Source: Cystobasidiomycetes sp. EMM_F5
Lineage: Eukaryota
Direction: 5' to 3'
Length of the DNA: 54,673 bases
Assembly (NCBI GenBank): GCA_051047955.1
Contig: JBPGPT010000041.1
Coordinates: forward strand, 62,001-116,673
Below the pieces are notes generated by a model. It did no database searches. It was given only the letters and a program-made list of their open reading frames with translations, and was not told where the DNA came from. The number at the start of each line of letters is the position of its first letter. Positions within the stretch are counted from its first letter, which is position 1. The position numbers were made by a program, and so were the translations under genes. Positions 12,128 to 23,502 of this stretch are shown one piece after another.

Positions 12128-12363
12128 GTCGCAGCAAGAGGATGGAGAGCGTCTGCAGAGCGAGCTCGACGACGAGCAACGTCTCCATCATGCAGATTCA
12201 GATGCAAACTGATGAGCAGACATATATCACTTAGTGGTCGAATGGCTTGTATGGCTACATGACGAAGATAGCGAGGACACGCTGACTGCACATCTGCACG
12301 ACTATGTACCCGAGCACTACTTACTGCCGGACTGTTTATAACATACTGCCCGGCTCCTCATCG

Positions 12364-15300
12364 TTACGTCGACTGTCTTGTCGAAATTGGTTGTGCGCTG
12401 ACACCATGTGGGTGGTTGCTGCCAGTGGATCCCCGCGCTGTGTTGCCGCGACGGCCGCGAGTGCGTCCTTGACCGCGAGCTTCAGCACCTCCACTACCGG
12501 ATGCTCTATTTCCAGAGTTGCCGCCTCCTCGGCCTCTGCCTGTACTACTTTTATGCGGACCGCCCCTGCCTGTTGTTGATAGACCTGCCGGTTCTGAAGC
12601 CGCCTGAGCACGCTTTGATTCTTCCTCAAACCAAGCAAGAAATTCGGCCTCCCGTCGACGCTCAGCCTCCTCCTCTTGAATCTCAGCAAGGCTCTGCGGA
12701 CCACGTTGCGATTTGAGATGCGCGCGCTCCGTGGCTTGCAAATTCTGTATACTACTAAAAGATTGGTCACTGAAGTCGAGCGAATCCGCTTCCACTGTTG
12801 ATGACACCGTCGAACTATAATTTGCCCATTGATGCGTGCCTCTCGGAGCAGAAGAATCAGTGAAGGAGGGTTTGGAACTAGCAATCATTCGAACTGGCGT
12901 GATTACTGGTGCGCCTACGGCTGAGGATGGGCTAGGAGCGACACGCCCAACTACAGCTGGTGTAGACGGTCTTCCGTCAGCGCCACTTTGGGTCACACCA
13001 CTGGCAACGAGCGGCGTGCCGGCAGAAGTAGGAGCTGCGCTACGCATCGCGATTCTGCCACCGGACGCTACTGCTTGAGACGTTTGTATCTCTGCCAGAG
13101 AAGTTTGCGGCGGGCGATTAGGCGTAGTAGGCGGCTGCCAAGCTACTGGCGGAACAGAGGGTCTCCAGGGTGATACCTTCACTGCCTCGGATGTCGCACT
13201 CGATTGCGAAGTGGCCGTACCCTGTTGCGATTGTTGTCGCTTGCGATCTTTTTGAGAAATCTTCGTAAACACTGCTGCCTTCTCCGTATTTAGACTTGAT
13301 TGTACAGGGCCCACAGGGTGAGCTTCGAATGTACGCCGTGGTCGGTTGACGTCGGTAGCTTGCTCCATGATTGATCGGAGACTCTGTGGAGAAGCGCCGA
13401 CTGCAGCGGGCAGCCACATACGTTTCGATTGCGATAATGGCGATGAAACAGAGTCTTCGCGTGAACGCATCATGCCCTCCGCCACGATTGCATCAGATGC
13501 ACTGAGAGACAGATCGTCCATGTCGGGTAGCATGTCGTCGTCTGCATGGGTAGCCGTCACTAATGGACTTGGCCCAGGCGTGGACAGCGTCGGTGATGGA
13601 GGGGCTTGATCAAATTGACGAGATGGCGGCGAGCGCGACAATAGCGTCTGAGGTGAGACGGATAAACCGTGTGCAGATGAGGAGCGGAGGGACAGGGGCA
13701 ATAGAACAGGTGACAATTTTGGCGACTTTGCTGAAGCAGCAAGCTGCTTTTGGAACTTTTTATAAGCCCCGGTGACTCTAGGTAGATCCAGCTGCCAATC
13801 CTTGACAAGGTCCGCATTGTCTTGGACTAGGCGGGACAATATTGGTATTGAGCGCCGCGTTCTTGCTAGGCGGTCGAGCTGTCGTTGACGGCAGTAAATG
13901 GCAAGTTTAGCCACAGCATCCCTAGGCAATATATCAAGGAGTTGTTGCTCGAGCATAGTCTCGAAATTACAGCATATATACTGCATGCAGCAATCCTGAA
14001 GAGCCGTGGCTTCATAGAAGATGGCCTCGCAAAGGATAGCACACACTGTTGGAAGTGCCACTGCACAAAGCTAATGTCAGCTTGCAGACCACGCTCGTCT
14101 ATGTCGGGTCACAATTACACACCTAAGCTCCTCAGAATATCGGAGCAGACAGCTTTTAGCCCATCCAGCAACAGCTCGTTCGCAGCTGCAAGAACAAGCG
14201 AGATATAATCGATCTTGTCATCGATTCTGTCGAAATCGAGGTTGGCGAAAAGATCGGCCTTGCCATCCGTATAGACATATTGAAGAACAAGCTGCACAAT
14301 GTCAGTGCGCAGATGCTTCAAATCGACGCGCAGATTTCTGCCTGATGCGCCATCAGAAGCTTCTAGACGTGTAGCATACCAGTCCGGATCGTTAAACATC
14401 GCCTGTAATCGAGACCGTTAACAATTTTCCAGCCACGCAACTGCTGTGCTTACTTGAAAGAAGGGGCAGCGAGCGCGAAGTACGGTGGAATGACAAACAA
14501 TGTCTTCGGAGGCAGTCTCCAAAATCACATCTGCAACAAATGTATCTTCTCGTAATGTCCAAATCGCTGGGCTTAGGGTAGGCTCGACTGAAGTCTTGCC
14601 GTACGCTCGAAGCCCTTCGATTAATGCAGGAAGTTGCAGTAAGATTGCCAGACTCTGCAGCTCTGCCTTGAGCTCTGCAATGCGAATTTTGAGCTTGGGA
14701 AAGCCAGCCTGAAGCCGCTGGAAGAGTCGTGGATCGTATATGGCAGGCATTTCATCACTATACAGGTAGTGCACGAGCAGGAGGGCGCTCAGATGGCTAC
14801 AATTCTGGATGTGCAACGTAGCGTTGCCAGACCGAGACAATTTCAGGCCCTTCACGCTCTGGCCTGCTAGAACCTGCTTGATAGCCACACTGCGCGCGGA
14901 GAGAATCACAGCATGCACTGGTAGTTTGGCGCCCGATGAGCCAGCTACAAGAAGTAAATCGCTTCCGGCATCAGGATTAGACCACGAAGGCGACCACAGC
15001 GCAAGAATACAGCACATTCGATCAAGAGCGATCTTGTCACTTTCAATCGAATCATCGTCGAAATCCTCCTCGTTCACCATGCCAGTCTGCTGGTCGCGTT
15101 CGAGCAGGGGCGTTCGAGTATCGCTAGCTAGGTGCTGATTCAAGCGACGATAATGCGGCAGGAGGTCCAGGAGGCACTTCGACAGTGTGTCGCCGGCAGG
15201 TGGAATGCGGAGAAGTGGCGCATCAGAGCGGATGGCAGCAAAACCACCTGAAGGACTGACGGCAACATTCACGACGCGCTGTAGATTACTGATGCGAGTA

Positions 15301-17149
15301 AACTTATACTGCCCCTTCTTATTGCTGTTGCTCAAGGGCGCAGAGCTACCTTGACTTGACTTCAACTCGAAGCCTCGGACGCTGTTGAGTTCTTTGCGTC
15401 GAGAACGCACATACACATGTCCTGATCTTGTACAAACGACAATGGTGTCATCGGCGATGCAACAATCTTTAGCTGCAGTGTAAGACTTGCGATCCTCCCA
15501 TATCCGTGTAGGCTTGACGTCCCTCGTAGTAAAGCTGGTTGCCGACGCTGCTTCGGTGACCGGATTTTCGAGTCGCCAGGAGAAAACGTCACCGAGATCT
15601 GTTAATGCGATGAATGTGCTACCACTTCCAGCAACCTTGAGCACTGAAGGGCGCGCTGCAATGTTGGGCGGACGATACACTTGCATTGCGCTAGGAAATC
15701 GGGACACGGGAAACGTAATACGATAGTAGGTGTCCCGGTGTAGCACAAAGACTTCTCCGCCTTCAAGGAGGCAGCAGGTCGCCACCTCTGTCGCACAAAT
15801 CTGCTTTATAGGCTGAGTGACTGCCGTCACTTTGCGTGGCGCAATCTGAATGGGCGTAGTAGAAGTGGAGTAGCCTAGCTGACCGTTATTCTTGCCCCAA
15901 GTGAACAAGGCATCTGATGTGAAGCAGCAAGAGTGATATCGAGAAGCGGCAACGCCTATGACGAACTCTTTCTTGAGCGCACCTACAATGCGCTTCGGAA
16001 CAGGCTGGACAGGCTCTTCGACCGAGCTGTTTTTTGTGCCCGTACTTTCGACGATATACCCTAAGACAGACAGCGAATTTAGACCAAACGTCCATACGTC
16101 TCCCTTGTCCGTGCATATGATTGTATGATCCTGTCCAAGAGCAAAATCGGTGACACGAGCGTGCGAAAAGTCTCGCAGGGGTTCGAAAGCGAACTGAGGG
16201 TGCTGAGAATTATGCCCTAGACGACCAGTCGTACTGCCGAATCCACACAGCCGGAAGTTGTTCCTTGCATCATCGGTGAGTAAGGCTGAATGCAACTTCT
16301 CCATGGCGATCTTCCGCACATTGACCGGCTGGAAGCTTTCCTCCGCTCGACTTTCGGTGGCAGCTGGCTGTTTGCCGTTTGCTGGTCGTGAGCTGGAAGC
16401 AGTACGCTCCAGAGGAACACGCTCGGGGAACGTGCGATCATTGTCGCCTTGCAGACCTAGTACGAAATTTCGATTGGCGCCCCAGGTGATGAGCTCTCGA
16501 CGCAGTGTATCTTCTTCCGACACTGGCAAAGTTGCGTCGAGCACATCGCCCGGATTGGTACCGAGAATGGTCGAATTGAGCAGATCAAAAGCAGTCATTC
16601 CCTCCGAGTCACGTATATGGATATCGGTATCAGGGTGTTGAAGCAGACGCCTCGCGCTCAATAAATTTCCATAGTATAGCGCTCTGGCACGGATAATATT
16701 CAGCTTGGCTAGACTACACAAGGAGAGCGTCTGTAATACCTATGCAGTGCAGTCCAGCCGCTTTCTCTATCCTGCAAGTTGACGTTCGGTGAGGCTGCGA
16801 GAACTGCCTCGAGATAGTCCGAAGCCTCATCTTCGTTTGTGTTACTGGCGATTAGATGCAAGACTGTCCTTCCCAGCCGGTCGCGGACGTTGATATCATC
16901 CTTGGCTGTGTTACTGCTGTCTGCGTATCCTGCAAACCGCGGGGAGCGAGACAGAGACGACCCTCCATAAGAAGTGTTTCCGCCTGTATAAGACGGATCT
17001 GCCGCAGCGTTGTGCTTTGATTGTTTGCGATGACTGGCAATGGACGTCGTCACGGTGGCCGCAGCCAGTCCTCGAAAGCGACCGATAAGACGCTGCTCGT
17101 AAGCATCGTGGAGTGCCGAAGCTTGAAATATGTTGTAAGCGTTGCTCAT
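12364..17149 (-). CDS. Ankyrin-RCC1-BTB-BTB protein (S. pombe btb1 / IBTK-like Cul3 adaptor), multi-exon
   Basis: Ankyrin DRLGRTVLHL...QDRESGWTALHR/ALYYGN; RCC1-like blades (TWGANRNFVLG, GQDHT, FTWGKNNGQLG); two BTB-like units (VHAVILSARS; CHSTVLRARCPFF...LQYVYTD); C-terminal IDR with SLAEIQEEE and RGG tracts. Joins ORFs 16709..17149, 14418..16721, 14115..14399 and 12364..14061. Confidence 0.9.
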
Positions 17150-17617
17150 GCACTAGAGGCTGACCCCTTCGAACGTTTAATGCGCTGGCTGTCCTCGACA
17201 ACCCAGACGCAGTATCCGTTCGAAAACTGGGTCGATGAGCTTGTACTAGACAAGCTCGATGATTGATGACTCGGCAGTGCTTATCGAGTCAGCTTCCAAA
17301 TGATATTTCTTGTGCTCGCCGTTTGTCTGCTAAACTGTCGCCGCTCGTCCACTGATTTATATCTTCCCGAAATCGGTGACGCTGATAGCTGGAAGACAGT
17401 CGGAGTCTAGGCGGATCCAAGTATTCTACAGCAAGTCGTGAGCTATCAGATTGTTGAGACTCGTCAGAAGTGTGCCCAGACTGGCTCTTGTCCTCGCAAG
17501 CCTGGCTGATGGTCAGAGTAGACGAAACGTGCCGCCATCCAAACGTGACATATCGAAATGACATGACAGCTTGATTACATTTGCGACACCTGCTACTACA
17601 TATACACTTCAAGCTGA

Positions 17618-19109
17618 TTACGACACCGCGCGGTTGCCTACCGTTGCTTGTGCGAATCGATCTACCTTTTTCGGTTTGCCATAGACGGGTTCTGGCATGT
17701 CTGGTGAAAGCCATGAAGCATCAGCCCAAGTATGGAATCAGTGCACAGACAGACACTCACTCAGATCCTTCTCAAATACATCCTTGACTTCTCTTGACCA
17801 TACTTGTCTGAAGAAAGTGACGCCGACAGGGTGCAAATTCCATTGCTTGGCAAAGTCTCGTACACTGAAGCGGTCGCCATGCTGTTGCAACATCTTTGTA
17901 CTCGATGGCGCATCCTTTGCAGGCTGCCGAAACAGGAGGAAAGAGTAGCGATGGTAAGGCGTCCCCTTTTCTGGATGCGGGGCAATGTATGGCAGGAGGA
18001 CTCTGCCAGTCGAGGACGAGATACTCGATGACGTTGCATTCAGTGGTATATCAGAACTTTGCGGTAACATGAGCGAGGAATATAATAGATTCCGAATACG
18101 CAAAGTATGCTCACATTGCCCAGTGACAGACTGTTTTGAAGGTAGCTTTGGCGACGTCAGGGGAATCTGCAAAAAGGTATCAGAATTCATTGGAAAACAA
18201 AGTTGTGCAACAGCTTACCCGGATCTACCATCAGCAGCGTGTACAACCGCTCGTCATTATGATAGACCTGTGCATTGATGACTGGTTCCTGACGTGTCTG
18301 CAGACGTAACATTAGCATGATTCACTTCACATACCACATACCAATCTTGTATACCTGTGAAGCAAGTAGATAGCTTCCTGGCACCACACTTCTCCCTTCC
18401 TTCACCGATATCGACATGTCGACATCAGGGTCGATGATGGCAAGCAAGTCGGGCACTATGTGCATCTGTGTTACTCGTTGCATCTGGAGAAGCACATACT
18501 GTTGTGAGTTTGTGAACAAAGCGGTAATGCAGAGCGCATCTACAAGTATTCCCAGTCGTCCATCTTTTCGCCAGGCCTGTTCTGCCATGTATCGCATGAC
18601 TGGCTCCGACATGCTGCCTGGTGACATATACCAGTGTAAGCGTTCTGAGCAGTAATGAGCGATATCCATTGCCTGATACACCCACTTTGGCCATTCCTGA
18701 ACTTTGTCCTCGTTTCTGGCATATTGATTGCCGCTGCAATCTCGAGCCCTTCTATCCTGTTTTGGAGTTGGGTCTTTCGCCTCGATACGACCTCTGCATT
18801 CCCATCGCTGCTCAACCCCGCCAACTCCGCTTTCGCCTGCTGCAATTGCTTCAATTTATCTTCTCGGTCTCGCTCGAGCAGTGCCAATGCTTCATCGTAA
18901 GCTGGAATTGCACCCTTCTTGACTGGCCGTTTCCATTCTCTGGATGTGGTTTCTGATTGAATTGGCGTCTGCGCTGCTGTCTCGCTTTGACTAGCACCAT
19001 TCTGGACGATGGTAGCCAGTCGCCGTCTTCGAAAGACTGCAGCGGCAGCCCGACAGCACGGCTGCAACGATGAGACGGTCCTGGAAGTGGAAGCGACGAG
19101 CATGGACAT
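17618..19109 (-). CDS. MRPL35: Mitochondrial large-subunit ribosomal protein mL38 (PEBP domain), multi-exon
   Basis: Arg/Ser-rich presequence-like N-terminus, PAYDEALALL..D, INMPETR, MQRVTQMHIVPDLL, LYTLLMVDPD, LPYIAPHPEKGTPYHRY, FSVRDF, VTFFRQVW; last exon MPEPVYGKPKK...VS*. Confidence 0.9.
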
Positions 19110-19243
19110 GATTAAACAGGTGATATTGGAGCAGAAGCAAGCAATTATCGACTTGGTTTATTGCGATCATTTCATTTCAAGTCTGAAGCTGTTTGATGGC
19201 TTGTTTCCTTGTCTCTCACTTCTGCTGATACTGAAAACTCACT

Positions 19244-20834
19244 ATGACTTCCCTTCTGACATCCTACGCAGCCTCGACATCCGCTGCAGCGAGGTGGTCA
19301 GTGTCACTCCAGTGCTGTTGCTGCCAAAGTGCCCAGATATCACAATATTCGGATACAAGACGGCGCAGACTGCATACTGGCAGTGGTCATGGTTCTCGAC
19401 GAAGCACATTCCTTCCCTCTCGGCGCCTCTCGACTTCACCTGGTACCGCCCAATACTCGGCACCCGTGTCGGAACAGATGCTCCTGAAATACTCCGAACA
19501 GCCGCCGTCGTACGGCAAGTGAAATGACTACATATACTCATTAGTACAGCATACAGGTAGCTGAGTCTGAACTGACGTGCAGTCTCGCTCAAAAATCTGG
19601 TCCAATTCGGTAAACCGCCAATAAGCCAAGAAGCATTGATACAGAGTGCCGAAGCGACGAGGGCAGAACTGCCTCACAGACTAGCTCGACGAGTGCTTGC
19701 TCATCGATCCCTTCCATTCATCGTCGGGCGCAACCCATTCATCGCCCAAGTATACAACCTCTACGAATCGTCGTTTGCTACACTCTCCGCCGTTCCCCCC
19801 ATCAAGACCCTGTCTGACAACGAAGCCTTTACTCGTACTCTTGAAGGCCTGGTAGAAGACCATGCAAACAACGTACCTATCCTTGCAAGAGGGTTCAGCG
19901 AGTGTAAAGACTATCTGAGCGAAACGCAAATTACGACATTTTTTGACAAGGCCATCAGGAATCGGATAGGAATACGTCTAATTGCAGAACAACATCTCGC
20001 GCTGAGTTTTCTGAGCGACGACTCGTCTCACTCGCCGTCATCGCCCAACTCGAAGTCACCAGACATGACTGTGGGTATTGTAGATACTGCTTGCTCGTTG
20101 GCGCGCATCATCAAGAATTGCGGTTATCACGTCGAGAATCTTTGCGACGGCGCTTACGGTCGTGCGCCAGAACTCCTCATCGATGGAGACACGGATGCGC
20201 AATTCACCTATGTGCCTTCGCACATCGAATATGTGCTCAATGAGCTACTCAAGAATGCTTTCAGGGCGACTACGGAATCACATCCGCATCTGGCACACCA
20301 TGACCTACCTCCAGTCGTGGCGACTATTGCCAAATCGCCCTCCGAACCAAACATCACCATCCGTATACGTGATTGCGGAAAGGGTATTCCGCCAGAAGTG
20401 ATGCCCCGTGTGCTGGACTATGCATTCACTACTGTCAGTCCGGGTCAGAAAACAGAAGGAGAGGGTGTAGATGCAGACGGAAATGATGATCTGTCGGGAC
20501 CTTATGCTGCACAGAACGTATCGGGAGGTGGACCGGTGCACGATGAGCTGCAAGGTCTTCAGAGTCATTCTGGTCATCTTGCTGGGCTTGTCAGTGGTAC
20601 TGCGTCTTTACAATGACTGCATGTCTGACTTTCTCTGTATCTTTGCATCAGGGCTTCGGACTCCCGCTCAGCAAATTGTTTACAGAGGTGAGTGGGCAGA
20701 TCCGTTTATGCATGTCATAATTCTCAATACGTTGCCGCTCCCAGTACTTTGGGGGATCACTCGAGCTCGTCAGCTTGTACGGCCACGGGACAGACGCGTT
20801 TGTTGTGCTCCGAGGGGAAGAGGCAGCGGTTTGA
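19244..20834 (+). CDS. Mitochondrial alpha-ketoacid dehydrogenase kinase (PDK/BCKDK family, PKP2-like), multi-exon
   Basis: VSLKNLVQFGKPP...ELPHRLARR..LPFIV, RIGIRLIAEQHLAL, ELLKNAFRAT, IRIRDCGKGI, FTT, GLGFGLPLS..YFGGSL.LVSLYGHGTD (GHKL boxes). First intron is GC-AG (19515-19582). Confidence 0.9.
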
Positions 20835-21040
20835 GCAGAGGCCGTAATATTGTCTATATCGTATGCGTGTACTGTACATAGCGTACTTGTTCGTCACCAG
20901 TGCAAGTCTCCGCATGTCGACCAAATATACAGCTGTCCCTGACACTGTACCTCTTTGCCGGACTTACGAGCAGACATGCCGTGAAGAAGTAAAGACAATG
21001 CTGGTTGGCTTCTGATTGATTAACACATATTGACAACATT

Positions 21041-23281
21041 ATGCTGATGCTGAGGAGCGCATTAGCACTCTGCGCCCTCCAGGCTATTGCAGCTGGCACG
21101 CCAGTCGCAGCTCAACACGGTCAATTGACATTCTCAGCGCCGTCCGATGAATCCATCGCGCCAGTCTTAGTAGCCTACTGCCTCCCCGGGCAGCCATGCT
21201 TCCCATCTTCCCACAACCTCGCCCACTTCAACCATTCCATCCACGGACGGCTGTTGATGCCGACGCCGCCTGCTTTTCCGTGCTATGGCGGACTGGGATA
21301 CAACAAGACGCGCTGCCAGGAAGCAGTCGACTCGTATGCAGAGCCGCGTGTGTTTGAGATTGCCCGGTGGGGTTGTTGGAGCTAATCTGTTGCTTCTCAG
21401 ACTGGAGGGCAGACAACCCTGGAGCAGTGCAGTATACGAATTGGAACGGGAATGGCACTGCAGATACATGCCCTATTCCAGCCAATACTGACGGCAGTAT
21501 GCCAGCCAGTCTGTGCAAGCAAGGCGTGCGTACCAGATATTGCGATACACATCAACGCGCACACTCACTGCCCTCGTGTCTACAGCAAACAGCGGCATAC
21601 GTAGTACAAGTGCAGAACGAGCGTGACGTGGTGCGCGCCGTCAAATTCGCGGCAAAGTACCGTCTCCGTCTGCGTATACGCAACACCGGTCACGACTATC
21701 TGTCGCGTTCATCGGCAGACGGGTCATTCACAATCTCCACCCATCACTTGCGAGAGAATCGGATAGTAGACGACTGGAAGCCGCACGGTCATCATGGCAA
21801 GGTCAAGCCTGAAAAGGTGTTGGTGGCTCAGCCTGGTCTGTATGTAGAGGATGTATACAAAATGGCGAGCGAGAATGGAGTCACGCTGGTCGGCGGTGCG
21901 TCTCCTACTGTCGGAGCGACAGGAGGTCAGTCCATGATACAGTTGACTGCCCGAATTTATTACTGAATGATGTTTGCACAGGCTTGTAAGGGGATTCTCG
22001 ACAAGGAGACTATCGCTGCACTGACCAGACTGCTTCTGCGACCACGCTGCTACAGCCTGCTAGGCGGAGGTCACGGCCCTCTCGGAAAACTGTTCGGTCT
22101 CGGTGTCGATAGTGAGTTGCGCACGGACCTTGCTAAGCTTGCTAGTATGTAACGTAAATCCCGCAGACGTCCTGCAAATGAGGGTCGTCACCGCAGATGG
22201 CGAAGTAGTTACTGCCAATCGCTTCGAAAACACGGTAGATACGCAACGCATACAGCCCTCTTGTCGAAGACTGACGACAAGTCTCTGCAGGACCTATTCT
22301 GGGCGCTACGAGGCGGAGGAGCAGCATTTGGCGTAGTGACTGAAGTCGTCGTCCGCGTTCATCCCAAGATGAAGGGACTCGCTGCAGTCACGGGTCAAAT
22401 TACAGCCGACACCCCGGAACTGTACGCTTCGCTCGTATCGAAATGGCTATTGGCAAATCGACAACTCGACGAGGTTCACGGAGCCGGTTACAACTACTTT
22501 TCCTCTCCTGAAAAGAAGATTGTCTTTGCGCATTTTCTGCCAGTGCCTGCCGATTCTGATGTCAAGGATACGGCCCAAGCGGAGGTCATTCTCAAGAGCG
22601 CGTATGACGATGTGGAGAAGTTGTTGGAAGATCATGCTGGTCATGTCGTCATGAATGCGACGTGGGAAACGAATGACGACTGGTACAATTTCTGGAAAGG
22701 ACCCTTTGACGCGGCCATGGGCAGTCTCGACTCTGTTGCTGTGAGTGGTACACTGAGGCCAGGAGACGTACAACATTATTGACGTTGGAATTGCCTCGCA
22801 GATCAATCTCCTTTTGTCCTCCCGCCTCGTTTCGAATGCTACCATGTACGGCGATGCCGAGCTCCAACAGCTCTCAACAGCGATTGCTGGCAGTCCGATT
22901 CCAGTCCTCGGCCACTTTTTGATGGGCGGAGTCATTCCCTCGGTAAATCAGGATGCGACGTCCATTCACCCCGCTTGGCGAAAAGCCATCATGATGCTCG
23001 AGCCGGTTGTAGCATGGCCCAACAATGCGCCGTCCAGCACCGTTGCCGCCTATACGAACTTGCTACAAAGAGTCACGGACACTCTTGGAGCAGTATCTGG
23101 TTTTGCGGGATTGGAACAGGCCAGCTACAGCAACGAAGCGAATCCAAACGAACCAAATTGGCAGAATGTGTTTTGGGGTAAAGAGCATTATGCTCGTCTG
23201 TTGGCAATCAAGAAGAAGTACGATCCGGCTGGCGTCTTTACCTGCTCGAGATGCGTAGGATCGGAAATCTATGGGTCGTAG
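21041..23281 (+). CDS. Secreted FAD-linked oxidoreductase, berberine-bridge-enzyme/VAO-PCMH family, multi-exon
   Basis: Signal-peptide-like MLMLRSALALCALQAIAAG, CLPGQPCFPS, RNTGHDYLSRS (flavinylated His), TVGATGGFLLGGGHGPL..FGLGVD, DLFWALRGGG, BBE domain YSNEA...WQNVFWG..YARLLAIKKKYDP..VFTC..CVGS. Confidence 0.92.
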
Positions 23282-23502
23282 GGCGGGAGGAGTAGGGAAT
23301 AGTATTCGAGGAGTCATTGAGTCAGAGTGATTTACAGTGGGATTTGTGGTGGAATTGTTGGAAACTTTTTGGTACCAGTGACAGACAGGGTTTGTGAAAA
23401 CTAGTTGTTTTACGTTTTTCTCGATGAATGGCACTTTAAGCTTCAGTGACCCAGGATGCAATGCCGTTTTCGTAGTGCGCTCGAACAACACAACAGTCTC
23501 TT

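Noticed and set aside
17264..17355. Possible box C/D snoRNA (TGATGA...CTGA)
   Set aside because: No terminal stem or recognisable rRNA guide, and it lies in the promoter region of the opposite-strand gene.
21041..23281. Secondary-metabolite cluster around the FAD oxidoreductase
   Set aside because: Neighbours are housekeeping genes; no PKS, NRPS, terpene synthase, transporter or cluster regulator.
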